Positions 20,113 to 28,402 of a stretch of DNA of 64,000 bases are shown here, in pieces. A program made the position numbers and the translations under genes. The notes beneath the pieces were generated by a model. It was not told the DNA's origin and did no database searches. It was given only the letters and a program-made list of their open reading frames with translations. The number at the start of each line of letters is the position of its first letter. The stretch's first letter is position 1. The DNA is from an uncultured Lachnospiraceae bacterium (GTDB taxonomy: Bacteria > Bacillota > Clostridia > Lachnospirales > Lachnospiraceae), in NCBI GenBank assembly GCA_910576535.1, contig CAJTKK010000002.1, forward strand, positions 278,483-342,482, written 5' to 3'.

Positions 20113-20133
20113 AAATGATAATCATAATCATTT
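20113..20133. promoter_or_regulatory. Fur box
   Basis: AAATGATAATCATAATCATTT; 7-1-7 core one mismatch from TGATAATnATTATCA. Confidence 0.7.
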
Positions 20134-20174
20134 AAAACGTGATGAATGGAAAATTAAAATAAGAAAGGGAGTGG

Positions 20175-20393
20175 ATGATGATGCCGTTATCAATAGCAGA
20201 TGCAGGCGTGGCGAAAGTGATATGCAAAGTTGGAGGAAAGGAAGAGAGCAGGAAATTTTTAGAGAATCTTGGGTTTGTGACAGGAGGAACAGTAACTGTT
20301 ATATCGGGAGCAGGCGGGAATATGATTGTCAATGTAAAGGATTCCAGAGTCGCTATCGGAAAAGATATGGCAAATAAAATTATCGTAATTTAA
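20175..20393 (+). CDS. feoA: Ferrous iron transport protein A
   Basis: FLENLGFVTG...VKDSRVAI. Confidence 0.9.
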   Translation: MMMPLSIADAGVAKVICKVGGKEESRKFLENLGFVTGGTVTVISGAGGNMIVNVKDSRVAIGKDMANKIIVI

Positions 20394-20406
20394 GAAAGGA
20401 GAAATT

Positions 20407-20628
20407 ATGAAAACATTAAAAGAGATTTCTTGCGGAAACACTGTAAAAGTGATTAAACTGACCGGTGAGGGGCCGGTAAAACGACGCATTATGGATATGG
20501 GGATTACAAAAGGGGTGGATATTTTCGTCCGTAAAGTGGCTCCTTTGGGGGATCCTGTGGAAGTGACGGTACGCGGCTATGAATTATCTTTACGGAAAGC
20601 GGATGCAACAATGGTTTTGGTGGAATAA
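20407..20628 (+). CDS. feoA: Ferrous iron transport protein A (second copy)
   Basis: RRIMDMGIT...APLGDP...RGYELSLRK. Confidence 0.93.
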   Translation: MKTLKEISCGNTVKVIKLTGEGPVKRRIMDMGITKGVDIFVRKVAPLGDPVEVTVRGYELSLRKADATMVLVE

Positions 20629-20642
20629 TTTTTTGCCCAAAG

Positions 20643-20658
20643 GTTAGTAATAACTAAT
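20643..20658. promoter_or_regulatory. Second DtxR/MntR-type box inside the operon
   Basis: GTTAGTAATAACTAAT between feoA2 and feoB. Confidence 0.55.
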
Positions 20659-20719
20659 TTAGAGTAGTGCTATAGGACATTGGCGTAAATAAAAGATTAA
20701 GGAGGAAAAAAGATAAGAT

Positions 20720-22912
20720 ATGTCAGTAAGAATTGCATTAGCAGGTAATCCGAACAGCGGAAAAACAACATTATTTAATGCGCTTACCGGTTCCAACCAA
20801 TTTGTGGGAAATTGGCCTGGGGTAACGGTAGAGAAAAAAGAAGGCCGATTAAAAGGATATAAGGATGTTGCGGTTATAGATCTTCCCGGTATTTATTCTT
20901 TATCGCCTTATTCTTTAGAAGAAGTAGTGGCAAGAAATTATCTGATAGAAGAACAGCCAGATGTAATTATGAATATTATAGACGGAACCAATCTGGAAAG
21001 AAACCTCTACTTGACTACCCAGCTTATGGAACTTGGAATACCGGTGATTATAGCTGTCAATATGATTGATGTGGCAGAAAAAAAAGGTGATAAAATACAT
21101 ATTGAGGAATTAAGCCGGAAATTGGGCTGCGATGTAGTAGGAATTTCAGCATTAAAGGGAACAGGGGTCCAAAAGGCAGCAGAAAAAGCAATATCTTTGA
21201 CACACGAAAAGAACAGAAATTCTTTCCTTCCTTTATTTTCTCCAGCAGCAGCAGAAGCTTTGAAAGAAATTGAAAATAGGCTAGGAGAGAATGTGCCAAA
21301 TCAGCAAAGGCGATTTTTTGCGTTGAAACTTTTAGAGAAGGATAATCAGATTTTAATCCATATAAAGGCTGTGCCGGATGTGAATGATATTATTGCAAAG
21401 CTGGAAGAAGATTTGGATGATGATGCAGAAAGCATAATTACGAATGAAAGATATATGTTCATTTCTTCCATAATAAGAGGATGTGTAAGTAAGGCAACGA
21501 AGGGCGGATTGACGGCATCCGATAAAATTGATAAAATTGTTACAAATCGCTTTTGGGCGTTGCCTATTTTTATTGCAGTGATGTTTATAGTATATTATTT
21601 TTCTATTTCTACAGTAGGCACATGGACGACTGACTGGGTCAATGATGGCGTGTTTGGCGATGGGTGGGACTTTTTGGGAATAGGAATTCCCAGTATTCCG
21701 GCTTTGCTGGAAATGCTGTTACAGAAAGCAAATTGTGCGGGATGGCTGCAGGGACTTATCCTGAACGGGATTGTGGCAGGATTGGGCGCTGTTCTCGGTT
21801 TTGTACCGCAGATGCTTGTCCTTTTCTTTTTCCTGGCGTTCTTGGAAAATTGCGGATATATGGCAAGGGTTGCCTTTATTATGGACAGGATTTTCCGTAA
21901 GTTTGGTCTTTCCGGCAAATCTTTTATCCCTATGCTGATCGGGACTGGCTGCGGGGTCCCTGGAATTATGGCATCCCGTACGATTGAGAATGACAGGGAC
22001 AGGAAAATGACCATTATGACTACTACTTTTATTCCTTGCAGCGCCAAACTTCCAATTACCGCATTGATTGCGGGGGCATTGTTCCAAGAGGCATGGTGGG
22101 TGGCGCCCAGTACTTATTTTGTAGGAATCAGTGCAGTTATTTGTTCTGGGATAATCTTAAAAAAGACAAAAATGTTTGCAGGGGATCCGGCGCCTTTCGT
22201 AATAGAACTGCCTGTTTACCATATGCCTGCTGTTTCTAATATACTGCGGAGTATGTGGGAGAGAGGATGGTCTTTTATAAAAAAAGCGGGAACAGTTATT
22301 TTATTATCAACTATTGTGATCTGGTTTGCGACTTATTTCGGTTTCGTAGATAGACAATTCCGTATGCTGGAAGATGCGGAGATTGGCTATAGTATTTTGG
22401 CTGCTGTCGGGAATGGGATCAGTTGGCTGTTTGCTCCTCTCGGATGGGGTGACTGGCGGCCGGCGGTTGCGGCTATCACCGGATTTGTGGCAAAAGAGAA
22501 TGTGGTAGGGACTTTCGGTATTTTGTTCGGGTTTGCGGAAGTGACGGAGGAAGGGGAGGAAATATGGGGAATGCTGGCAGGGAACATGACGATGGCTGCT
22601 GCATATTCTTTCCTTGTATTTAATCTTTTGTGCGCTCCTTGCTTTGCGGCGATGGGGGCGATAAAGAGAGAAATGAATTGTGGCAAATGGTTCTGGTTTG
22701 CCATTGGATATCAGACTGCTTTGGCTTATTCCGTATCTTTTGGCATCTATCAGATAGGGACTTGGTTTTTTTCCGGGGTTTTTGGTTCTGGGACAATTGC
22801 CGCTTTTCTGCTTATTGCATGTTTTGTCTATCTGCTGGCGCGGCCTTATAGGAAAAATGGAGCCTTTAAACCGGATTTGAAGTTTAAGAAAAAAATGATG
22901 CCGGTAAAATAG
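20720..22912 (+). CDS. feoB: Ferrous iron transport protein B
   Basis: GNPNSGKT, VGNWPGVTVE, DLPG, PCSAKL, AKENVVGT. Confidence 0.97.
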   Translation: MSVRIALAGNPNSGKTTLFNALTGSNQFVGNWPGVTVEKKEGRLKGYKDVAVIDLPGIYSLSPYSLEEVVARNYLIEEQPDVIMNIIDGTNLERNLYLTTQLMELGIPVIIAVNMIDVAEKKGDKIHIEELSRKLGCDVVGISALKGTGVQKAAEKAISLTHEKNRNSFLPLFSPAAAEALKEIENRLGENVPNQQRRFFALKLLEKDNQILIHIKAVPDVNDIIAKLEEDLDDDAESIITNERYMFISSIIRGCVSKATKGGLTASDKIDKIVTNRFWALPIFIAVMFIVYYFSISTVGTWTTDWVNDGVFGDGWDFLGIGIPSIPALLEMLLQKANCAGWLQGLILNGIVAGLGAVLGFVPQMLVLFFFLAFLENCGYMARVAFIMDRIFRKFGLSGKSFIPMLIGTGCGVPGIMASRTIENDRDRKMTIMTTTFIPCSAKLPITALIAGALFQEAWWVAPSTYFVGISAVICSGIILKKTKMFAGDPAPFVIELPVYHMPAVSNILRSMWERGWSFIKKAGTVILLSTIVIWFATYFGFVDRQFRMLEDAEIGYSILAAVGNGISWLFAPLGWGDWRPAVAAITGFVAKENVVGTFGILFGFAEVTEEGEEIWGMLAGNMTMAAAYSFLVFNLLCAPCFAAMGAIKREMNCGKWFWFAIGYQTALAYSVSFGIYQIGTWFFSGVFGSGTIAAFLLIACFVYLLARPYRKNGAFKPDLKFKKKMMPVK

Positions 22913-22991
22913 TATGCGGATCCAGCCCTGTTGCCTGCAAGGAAAAACCCAACGCTGGCACGGGCTGGTAATGCAGTTTATAGGAGGGATT

Positions 22992-23135
22992 ATGGGAACA
23001 ATAATCATTGGGGCAATTATTTTATGTGCCATTGCATTGGCGGTAAGAAGTATCTGGAAAGACAGGAAAAACGGGAAATCTATACATTGCAGCGGTTGCT
23101 GCGGGCATTGCAGCCGCTGCCATGAAAAGGGATGA
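22992..23135 (+). CDS. FeoB-associated Cys-rich membrane protein
   Basis: AGGAGG RBS; TM followed by CSGCCGHCSRC. Confidence 0.85.
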   Translation: MGTIIIGAIILCAIALAVRSIWKDRKNGKSIHCSGCCGHCSRCHEKG

Positions 23136-23141
23136 TGATCC

Positions 23142-24578
23142 TTAGCGGTGTTTCCAGGATTTGCTTGGCTGTGCTTTTGCCGTAGGATAACGCAGAAGCA
23201 AAGTCCGTAAGGCTTTCCGGTTAAAAGGGTATAATGGCCAAAAATAGCTCATTCCGCCGAAGGTTGGCGTAGTGGCGGCCGAAAGAAGGACAAGAAATAA
23301 ACCGCACGAAAATCCCCATCCCCCAAATAGAGAAGTGACTATAATCAGGAACAGGCGGTAAACCCTAAGACCGTCACTGAATTCAATGCTGGCAAGCGAT
23401 AAGCTGGTCAGGAGAGTTATGGCGGCATAGAACAGGATTTCCACAGAAGCCCAGTTCAATTCTACGGCAATATCCCCGATAATCAGTCCTCCGATAATGG
23501 ATAAAGAGCCGGAGAATTTACCGGAGCTGACAGAGGCGGAATATTTAAATAAATCCAGAAGAAATTCTACGGCCAGAACATAAAAAACGATAGCGGCTCC
23601 GGAAGCCGGTTCTGTAGACATGAGCTTCCATTTTTCCGAAAACTGGGGGAAATATACGGTAAGCATTAAAAAAAGCGGCATTAAAATAAGACTTACCGGG
23701 ATGCAGAGGAAACGCACGAGACGGAAATAAGTCCCTACGACAGGGCTTTTGTAATAATCTTCCGGGCTTTGCGTAAACTGGAAAATAGTGCAGGGCAATA
23801 TAAGGACGGAAGGGGAATTGTCCACAAGAACTGCAATATGTCCTTCCATCAGAAAGCTGCAGGCCACATCAGGCCGTCCGGTATAGTGCATACAAGGCAG
23901 AGGATGAAACCAGCGTTTTTTTACCAGCAGTTCTTCCAGGCTTTTTGCACCCATAGTCAGGGAAGTGACAGACAGGCTGGAAAGAGCCTGTTTTAATTGG
24001 GTTAATAACTGGGAACTGGCAAGGCCATCCACATATGTGATAGCCACATCAGTTTTGCTTTCTGTCCCAATGGACATAATTTCAAAGGTCAGCCTGGGGG
24101 AACGTATCCGGCGGCGGATTAAGTTAGCGTTGAAAAGCATTGTCTCCACAAATCCGTCTTTTGCGCCTAGCGTAACCCGTTCTGTATCCGGTTCGCTAAT
24201 GCTTCTGGCCGGATAAGTACGGACATCTATAATGATTGCCTGTGCAAAACCGTCAATGAAAAGAACAGAAGGGCCGCTTAGGAGGCTGCGGGTAATTTCT
24301 TCCCAGTCATCGGTAAGAGATGTTTGGGCATAACCGATTTTCGCATTCATATAGCGTTCAATATCTGCTATTCCGCTTTCTTTCATATAGTAAGGGTTTT
24401 GCAGATCAGAAAAAATCTGCTGTAAAAGTTCTACCCGGCAAAAACCGTTAATGCCCACCCAATATCCCCTGGCATCGCCTAAGATAAGGCGGCGGGTGAT
24501 AATATCGAAGCTTTTATGAACGGGGAAAATGGATTCTATTTGCCGGATATTGTCATCAAGTTCTATGGATAGCTGCAT
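23142..24578 (-). CDS. Spore germination protein, GerA/SpoVAF family
   Basis: EPDTERVTLGAKDGFVE, NLIRRRIR, RPDV, EDYY. Confidence 0.88.
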   Translation of the reverse strand: MQLSIELDDNIRQIESIFPVHKSFDIITRRLILGDARGYWVGINGFCRVELLQQIFSDLQNPYYMKESGIADIERYMNAKIGYAQTSLTDDWEEITRSLLSGPSVLFIDGFAQAIIIDVRTYPARSISEPDTERVTLGAKDGFVETMLFNANLIRRRIRSPRLTFEIMSIGTESKTDVAITYVDGLASSQLLTQLKQALSSLSVTSLTMGAKSLEELLVKKRWFHPLPCMHYTGRPDVACSFLMEGHIAVLVDNSPSVLILPCTIFQFTQSPEDYYKSPVVGTYFRLVRFLCIPVSLILMPLFLMLTVYFPQFSEKWKLMSTEPASGAAIVFYVLAVEFLLDLFKYSASVSSGKFSGSLSIIGGLIIGDIAVELNWASVEILFYAAITLLTSLSLASIEFSDGLRVYRLFLIIVTSLFGGWGFSCGLFLVLLSAATTPTFGGMSYFWPLYPFNRKALRTLLLRYPTAKAQPSKSWKHR

Positions 24579-24807
24579 GATATAAGCCCCTTTTCTTCAA
24601 TTTCATATTTATTTTTGCGCAGTTCTTGCATTTTTGCGCAAACATAAATTTGCCGTGTGAAAAATTTCCGGTTTTTCACGCTGCTTCCCATAATATCTGC
24701 TGTTTTCCTTAATTTTATTCTCAAAAGAGCAGGCTTGGCATCCAGGCCTCATACCGTTCCCGTAATATAAATTTTCATAATGTGTATAAAATAAGCGGGA
24801 AAGGGAG

Positions 24808-24912
24808 ATGATGAAGAGATGTAAAAAGTATTTTCATGCTGATTACAATGACAACCGTTTGCCTGCTGCCAATCCCGGCAAAGTAATGGGGAAGCCGGAG
24901 CTTTGGAGCTGA
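24808..24912 (+). CDS. Putative 33-34-aa peptide (not in ORF track)
   Basis: GAAAGGGAG RBS; MMKRCKKYFHADYNDNRLPAANPGKVMGKPELWS*. Confidence 0.45.
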   Translation: MMKRCKKYFHADYNDNRLPAANPGKVMGKPELWS

Positions 24913-24947
24913 CGGTCAAGCATATTATTAAGATTTCATGAAGGATA

Positions 24948-24976
24948 TTGAGTTATCTATAAAAATATGGTACGTT
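24948..24976 (+). promoter_or_regulatory. Putative sigma-A promoter of the zorAB-like pair
   Basis: TTGAGT-N17-TACGTT with extended TG. Confidence 0.45.
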
Positions 24977-25063
24977 AAAAAAAACAGTAGAAAAAACGCG
25001 CGACCAAAAACTGCAAGGCATAGCTTTGCGGCAGCTATGGCGCGGCGCGGGATAGGAGCACAG

Positions 25064-26227
25064 ATGAAGAACAGATTACATTATATATTATTTCCGTTAT
25101 ATGCTATTGTGGTGGCATTTGTCCTATATGTGAACGGTGTGTTTACGGGAGATGGGGGGTCTGCTGTCAACCTTGCCATCAATATAGGTTTTTTAATTAT
25201 CATAGGAGTCCTGTTTCTGATCTCGGCCGTCAGCTTTGGCAGGTTGAATAGCGTTACAAATGAACTGGAAGATTTTGCTTATCGGCTTCAGAAAGAATAT
25301 AAAGAGGCGAACGGAAAGAACCTTTGGGGGAATTATCAGGATCGTAATAATGTTTTTAAAAATGAAGAATTATCAGATGCTTTTCATAAGTACCGTATCA
25401 GGGTAAAAAGCCTCCGGGCGAAACGGGGGGCAGGAAGCCCATGTGATTTGGAGGAATATATAAATGAAGATCTGTTGGACCGTGTGGGGATGAATTTTTT
25501 TAATTCCGGGATATCCGGCACCCTGACCGGGCTTGGGATCCTTGGCACGTTCCTCGGTCTGTCCATGGGTCTTGGATCGTTCAATGGCGATGACATTTTT
25601 ACCATTTCCGATAATGTAGGGTCGCTGCTTTCCGGTATGAAGGTGGCTTTTCATACCTCTGTGTATGGGATATTTTTTTCGCTGGTATTTAACTTAGTTT
25701 ACCGCAGCATTATGTCGGACGCATATGAAAAACTGGAGGAATTCCTATGTATATTCCGTCAGACGATGCAGCCTAGAACTGCGAAAGAAGATGAGAATGC
25801 CGCAGCTATGGTGGTATATCAGGCGGGGATTTCCAGCGCTTTAAAACAAATGCTTGAAATAATGAAAGGAAACGCCGCAGAGCAGACACAAGGGGTGGAG
25901 CGCATTGTAGACAAATTCACCGGACAGATGCAGACCGCTTTGGGTTCTGATTTCCAGAAACTGGGCAATGCTTTAAAAGCGGCAGGGGAAGCCCAGGCAG
26001 TCAGCGCCGCCAATGCAAAAGAAATGATCGAAGCTGTTACAGCTTTGGTAGAAGTGAACCGCAATGTACAGTCTGCTCTGGCTGAAGTGATGGACAGACA
26101 GGAAAAATTCGCGGGGGAATTAAGGGAACAGAAAGAGAAACTGGTAAGCACATGCAATGAGATGAGTGATGAAGTAGCGAGCCAATTGTATGCTTTTGAC
26201 CAGATGAGGGGCTTATATGAAAAATAA
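25064..26227 (+). CDS. ZorA-like MotA/TolQ/ExbB ion-channel protein with cytoplasmic helical tail
   Basis: AGGAG RBS; LTGLGILGTFLGL and GMKVAFHTSVYGI TM motifs; about 170-aa helical tail. Confidence 0.8.
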   Translation: MKNRLHYILFPLYAIVVAFVLYVNGVFTGDGGSAVNLAINIGFLIIIGVLFLISAVSFGRLNSVTNELEDFAYRLQKEYKEANGKNLWGNYQDRNNVFKNEELSDAFHKYRIRVKSLRAKRGAGSPCDLEEYINEDLLDRVGMNFFNSGISGTLTGLGILGTFLGLSMGLGSFNGDDIFTISDNVGSLLSGMKVAFHTSVYGIFFSLVFNLVYRSIMSDAYEKLEEFLCIFRQTMQPRTAKEDENAAAMVVYQAGISSALKQMLEIMKGNAAEQTQGVERIVDKFTGQMQTALGSDFQKLGNALKAAGEAQAVSAANAKEMIEAVTALVEVNRNVQSALAEVMDRQEKFAGELREQKEKLVSTCNEMSDEVASQLYAFDQMRGLYEK

Positions 26228-27143
26228 TAAACGGAAGAACAGGGAAGCTTTTCTGGAGCAAGGCTACTGGCAGTCTTATTCCGATATGATGGCGGCTCTG
26301 CTGCTGATTTTTATATTGATTATAGCGATTACCTTGGCAATTTACAGACAAAAGACCACTGACCTGGACAAGACGCGCCTGGAGCTTGACACTGCCCAGG
26401 CACAGCTTGATTCCACAATAGCGGATTTGGAAAGTTCCAAGATGGAGCTGGAAAAATCCAATGAAGAGCTGGCTTCTTCGCTGGCGGAGCTGCAGCAGGC
26501 TTATGCCCAGGCCGCTTTAACCCAGGAAGAACTGGATAAAGCTTATCTGGAAATTGAAAATGCGAGAAATGAATTGACTGTTACTAAAAATGAACTGCAG
26601 GACATTGTCGGCATCCGCACAGATATTATTGGCGCCTTACAGTCTGCTTTCAATAATTCCAGCATGAAAGTGGATGCCCACACTGGTTCCATTACATTTT
26701 CTTCCGATGTGCTGTTCCGGTATAATAGCTCTACCCTGACGTCGGACAGTAAGGAAACTCTGCAGGAGATTATCCCTATGTATCTGGATGTCCTGCTGCA
26801 GGAGCAGTTCCGGGGCTACATAGCGGAAATCATCATCGAGGGGCATACCGATACCGATGGCGGTTATGAAAGCAACATGGAACTGTCTTATAACCGGGCA
26901 AAAGCAGTGGCGGATTTTTGCCTTAATAAGAAAAACGGGCTTAGCGAAGACAAAATCGAGCAGTTGCAGAAAATCCTTACTGTCAATGGGAAGTCATGGA
27001 GCAGTCCTGTTTTCAAACAGGATACGGCAGGAAACCAGGAGGAAAATGTAGACATGGCAGCTTCCCGGCGCGTGGAGATTAAGTTCCGCCTAAAAGAAGA
27101 TGAAATGATAGAAAAGATTGCGGGGATTTTATCACAGGAATAG
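26217..27143 (+). CDS. ZorB-like MotB/OmpA-domain protein
   Basis: YWQSYSDMM TM with conserved Asp; coiled coil; IEGHTD, LSYNRA, SRRVEIKF; overlaps the upstream gene by 11 nt. Confidence 0.82.
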   Translation: MKNNKRKNREAFLEQGYWQSYSDMMAALLLIFILIIAITLAIYRQKTTDLDKTRLELDTAQAQLDSTIADLESSKMELEKSNEELASSLAELQQAYAQAALTQEELDKAYLEIENARNELTVTKNELQDIVGIRTDIIGALQSAFNNSSMKVDAHTGSITFSSDVLFRYNSSTLTSDSKETLQEIIPMYLDVLLQEQFRGYIAEIIIEGHTDTDGGYESNMELSYNRAKAVADFCLNKKNGLSEDKIEQLQKILTVNGKSWSSPVFKQDTAGNQEENVDMAASRRVEIKFRLKEDEMIEKIAGILSQE

Positions 27144-27244
27144 ATGACGGCAGGGGAGCGGAAACAGAAAATGTTATTAAAGCATAGCCAAGCATGGATG
27201 TATATCCTGGCTTGGCTATTGTTGTGCGCCGTTAGGCACACAGT

Positions 27245-27278
27245 AAACAGGCTCTGAAAATTTTTTCAGAGCCTGTTT
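27245..27278. terminator. Bidirectional terminator
   Basis: AAACAGGCTCTGAAAA-TT-TTTTCAGAGCCTGTTT. Confidence 0.8.
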
Positions 27279-27286
27279 TAACCGTT

Positions 27287-27517
27287 TTAATAATGATATT
27301 CCCCGGACTGGTATAAGAAAGTGCGGATCCTGCAGTCACGGCTATAAGTAGTCGTATAGCAGTCCAAAGAAGCTTTGGGCAATTCTTTTTTTGCATTTTC
27401 CAGGATTTCTGCAAAATCGTCATTGCTTTTTTTGCATTCAGGATCCAAATGATAATGCTTTCTTTGATCACGTCTTATTCTGCCAGCGCTGGAAACTGCC
27501 ATTACCGGCTGCACCAT
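27287..27517 (-). CDS. Small hypothetical protein (76 aa)
   Basis: Fills the gap between a bidirectional terminator and a divergent promoter region; CAGGG before the ATG. Confidence 0.55.
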   Translation of the reverse strand: MVQPVMAVSSAGRIRRDQRKHYHLDPECKKSNDDFAEILENAKKELPKASLDCYTTTYSRDCRIRTFLYQSGEYHY

Positions 27518-27734
27518 AAAAATACCCTGAAATCCTTTTGCTGCGGTAATCCCTCCTTGGATGTGTATTCCGATAGTGTCTGTGTTCTTATGATATATTT
27601 CGTAAAAAGAACGGAAAAAGCTTAGAGGAAAAGCAAAAAAACAATATTATTTTGTTTTTAGTTGTGGTAATATATACAAAGTGGACTTTCACCAGAAAAA
27701 ACGCCCATAGTGAACAGAAATGAAAGGGTAAGAA

Positions 27735-28397
27735 ATGCTTGAAAATATAGATGCAGTAATTTTTGATTTGGACGGTTCCCTTGTGGATTCTATGTGGATG
27801 TGGGAACAGATTGATGTAGAATATTTAGGCCGTTTTGGGATAAGTCTGCCCGGGAATCTCCAGTCAGAGATAGAAGGAATGAGCTTTAGCGAGACGGCGG
27901 CCTATTTTAAGAACCGTTTTGCCCTTCCGGATTCCATCGTGCAGATTAAAGAAGACTGGAATGCGATGGCATGGGATAAATATAGCCATGAAGTCCCGCT
28001 AAAAAAGGGAGTGAAGGCTTTTTTGGATATATGCCGGGAACGGGGGATCGCTTTGGGGATTGCAACCAGCAATTCCCGGGAACTGGCAGCAAACATCCTG
28101 TCCGTACATAAGCTGGAGGACTATTTTTCCTGCGTTATGACAGGCTGCGATGTGGCAAAAGGGAAACCGGCGCCGGATATTTATCTGGCCGTGGCAGAAG
28201 ATTTGAAGGTGGAACCCAAACACTGCCTTGTATTTGAAGACATTATTCCTGGGATTCTGGCGGGAAAAGCCGCAGGAATGAAAGTCTGCGCTGTGGAAGA
28301 CGAATATTCCATTGCGCAGAAGGAAGAAAAATTATTAGCGGCCGACTATTATATTGAAGATTTTGAACATTTGGCCGATGAATGCAGAGGAAAATAA
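27735..28397 (+). CDS. HAD-family phosphatase
   Basis: [22 protein letters not shown]. Confidence 0.92.
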   Translation: MLENIDAVIFDLDGSLVDSMWMWEQIDVEYLGRFGISLPGNLQSEIEGMSFSETAAYFKNRFALPDSIVQIKEDWNAMAWDKYSHEVPLKKGVKAFLDICRERGIALGIATSNSRELAANILSVHKLEDYFSCVMTGCDVAKGKPAPDIYLAVAEDLKVEPKHCLVFEDIIPGILAGKAAGMKVCAVEDEYSIAQKEEKLLAADYYIEDFEHLADECRGK

Positions 28398-28402
28398 CTG
28401 TT

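Noticed and set aside
25010..25045. c-di-GMP-I riboswitch-like GCAAAGCTAT on the minus strand
   Set aside because: No GAAA tetraloop P1 or receptor, and the orientation is wrong.
25064..27143. Flagellar motAB call
   Set aside because: Long tail, Zor-type TM motifs and no flagellar or chemotaxis neighbours.
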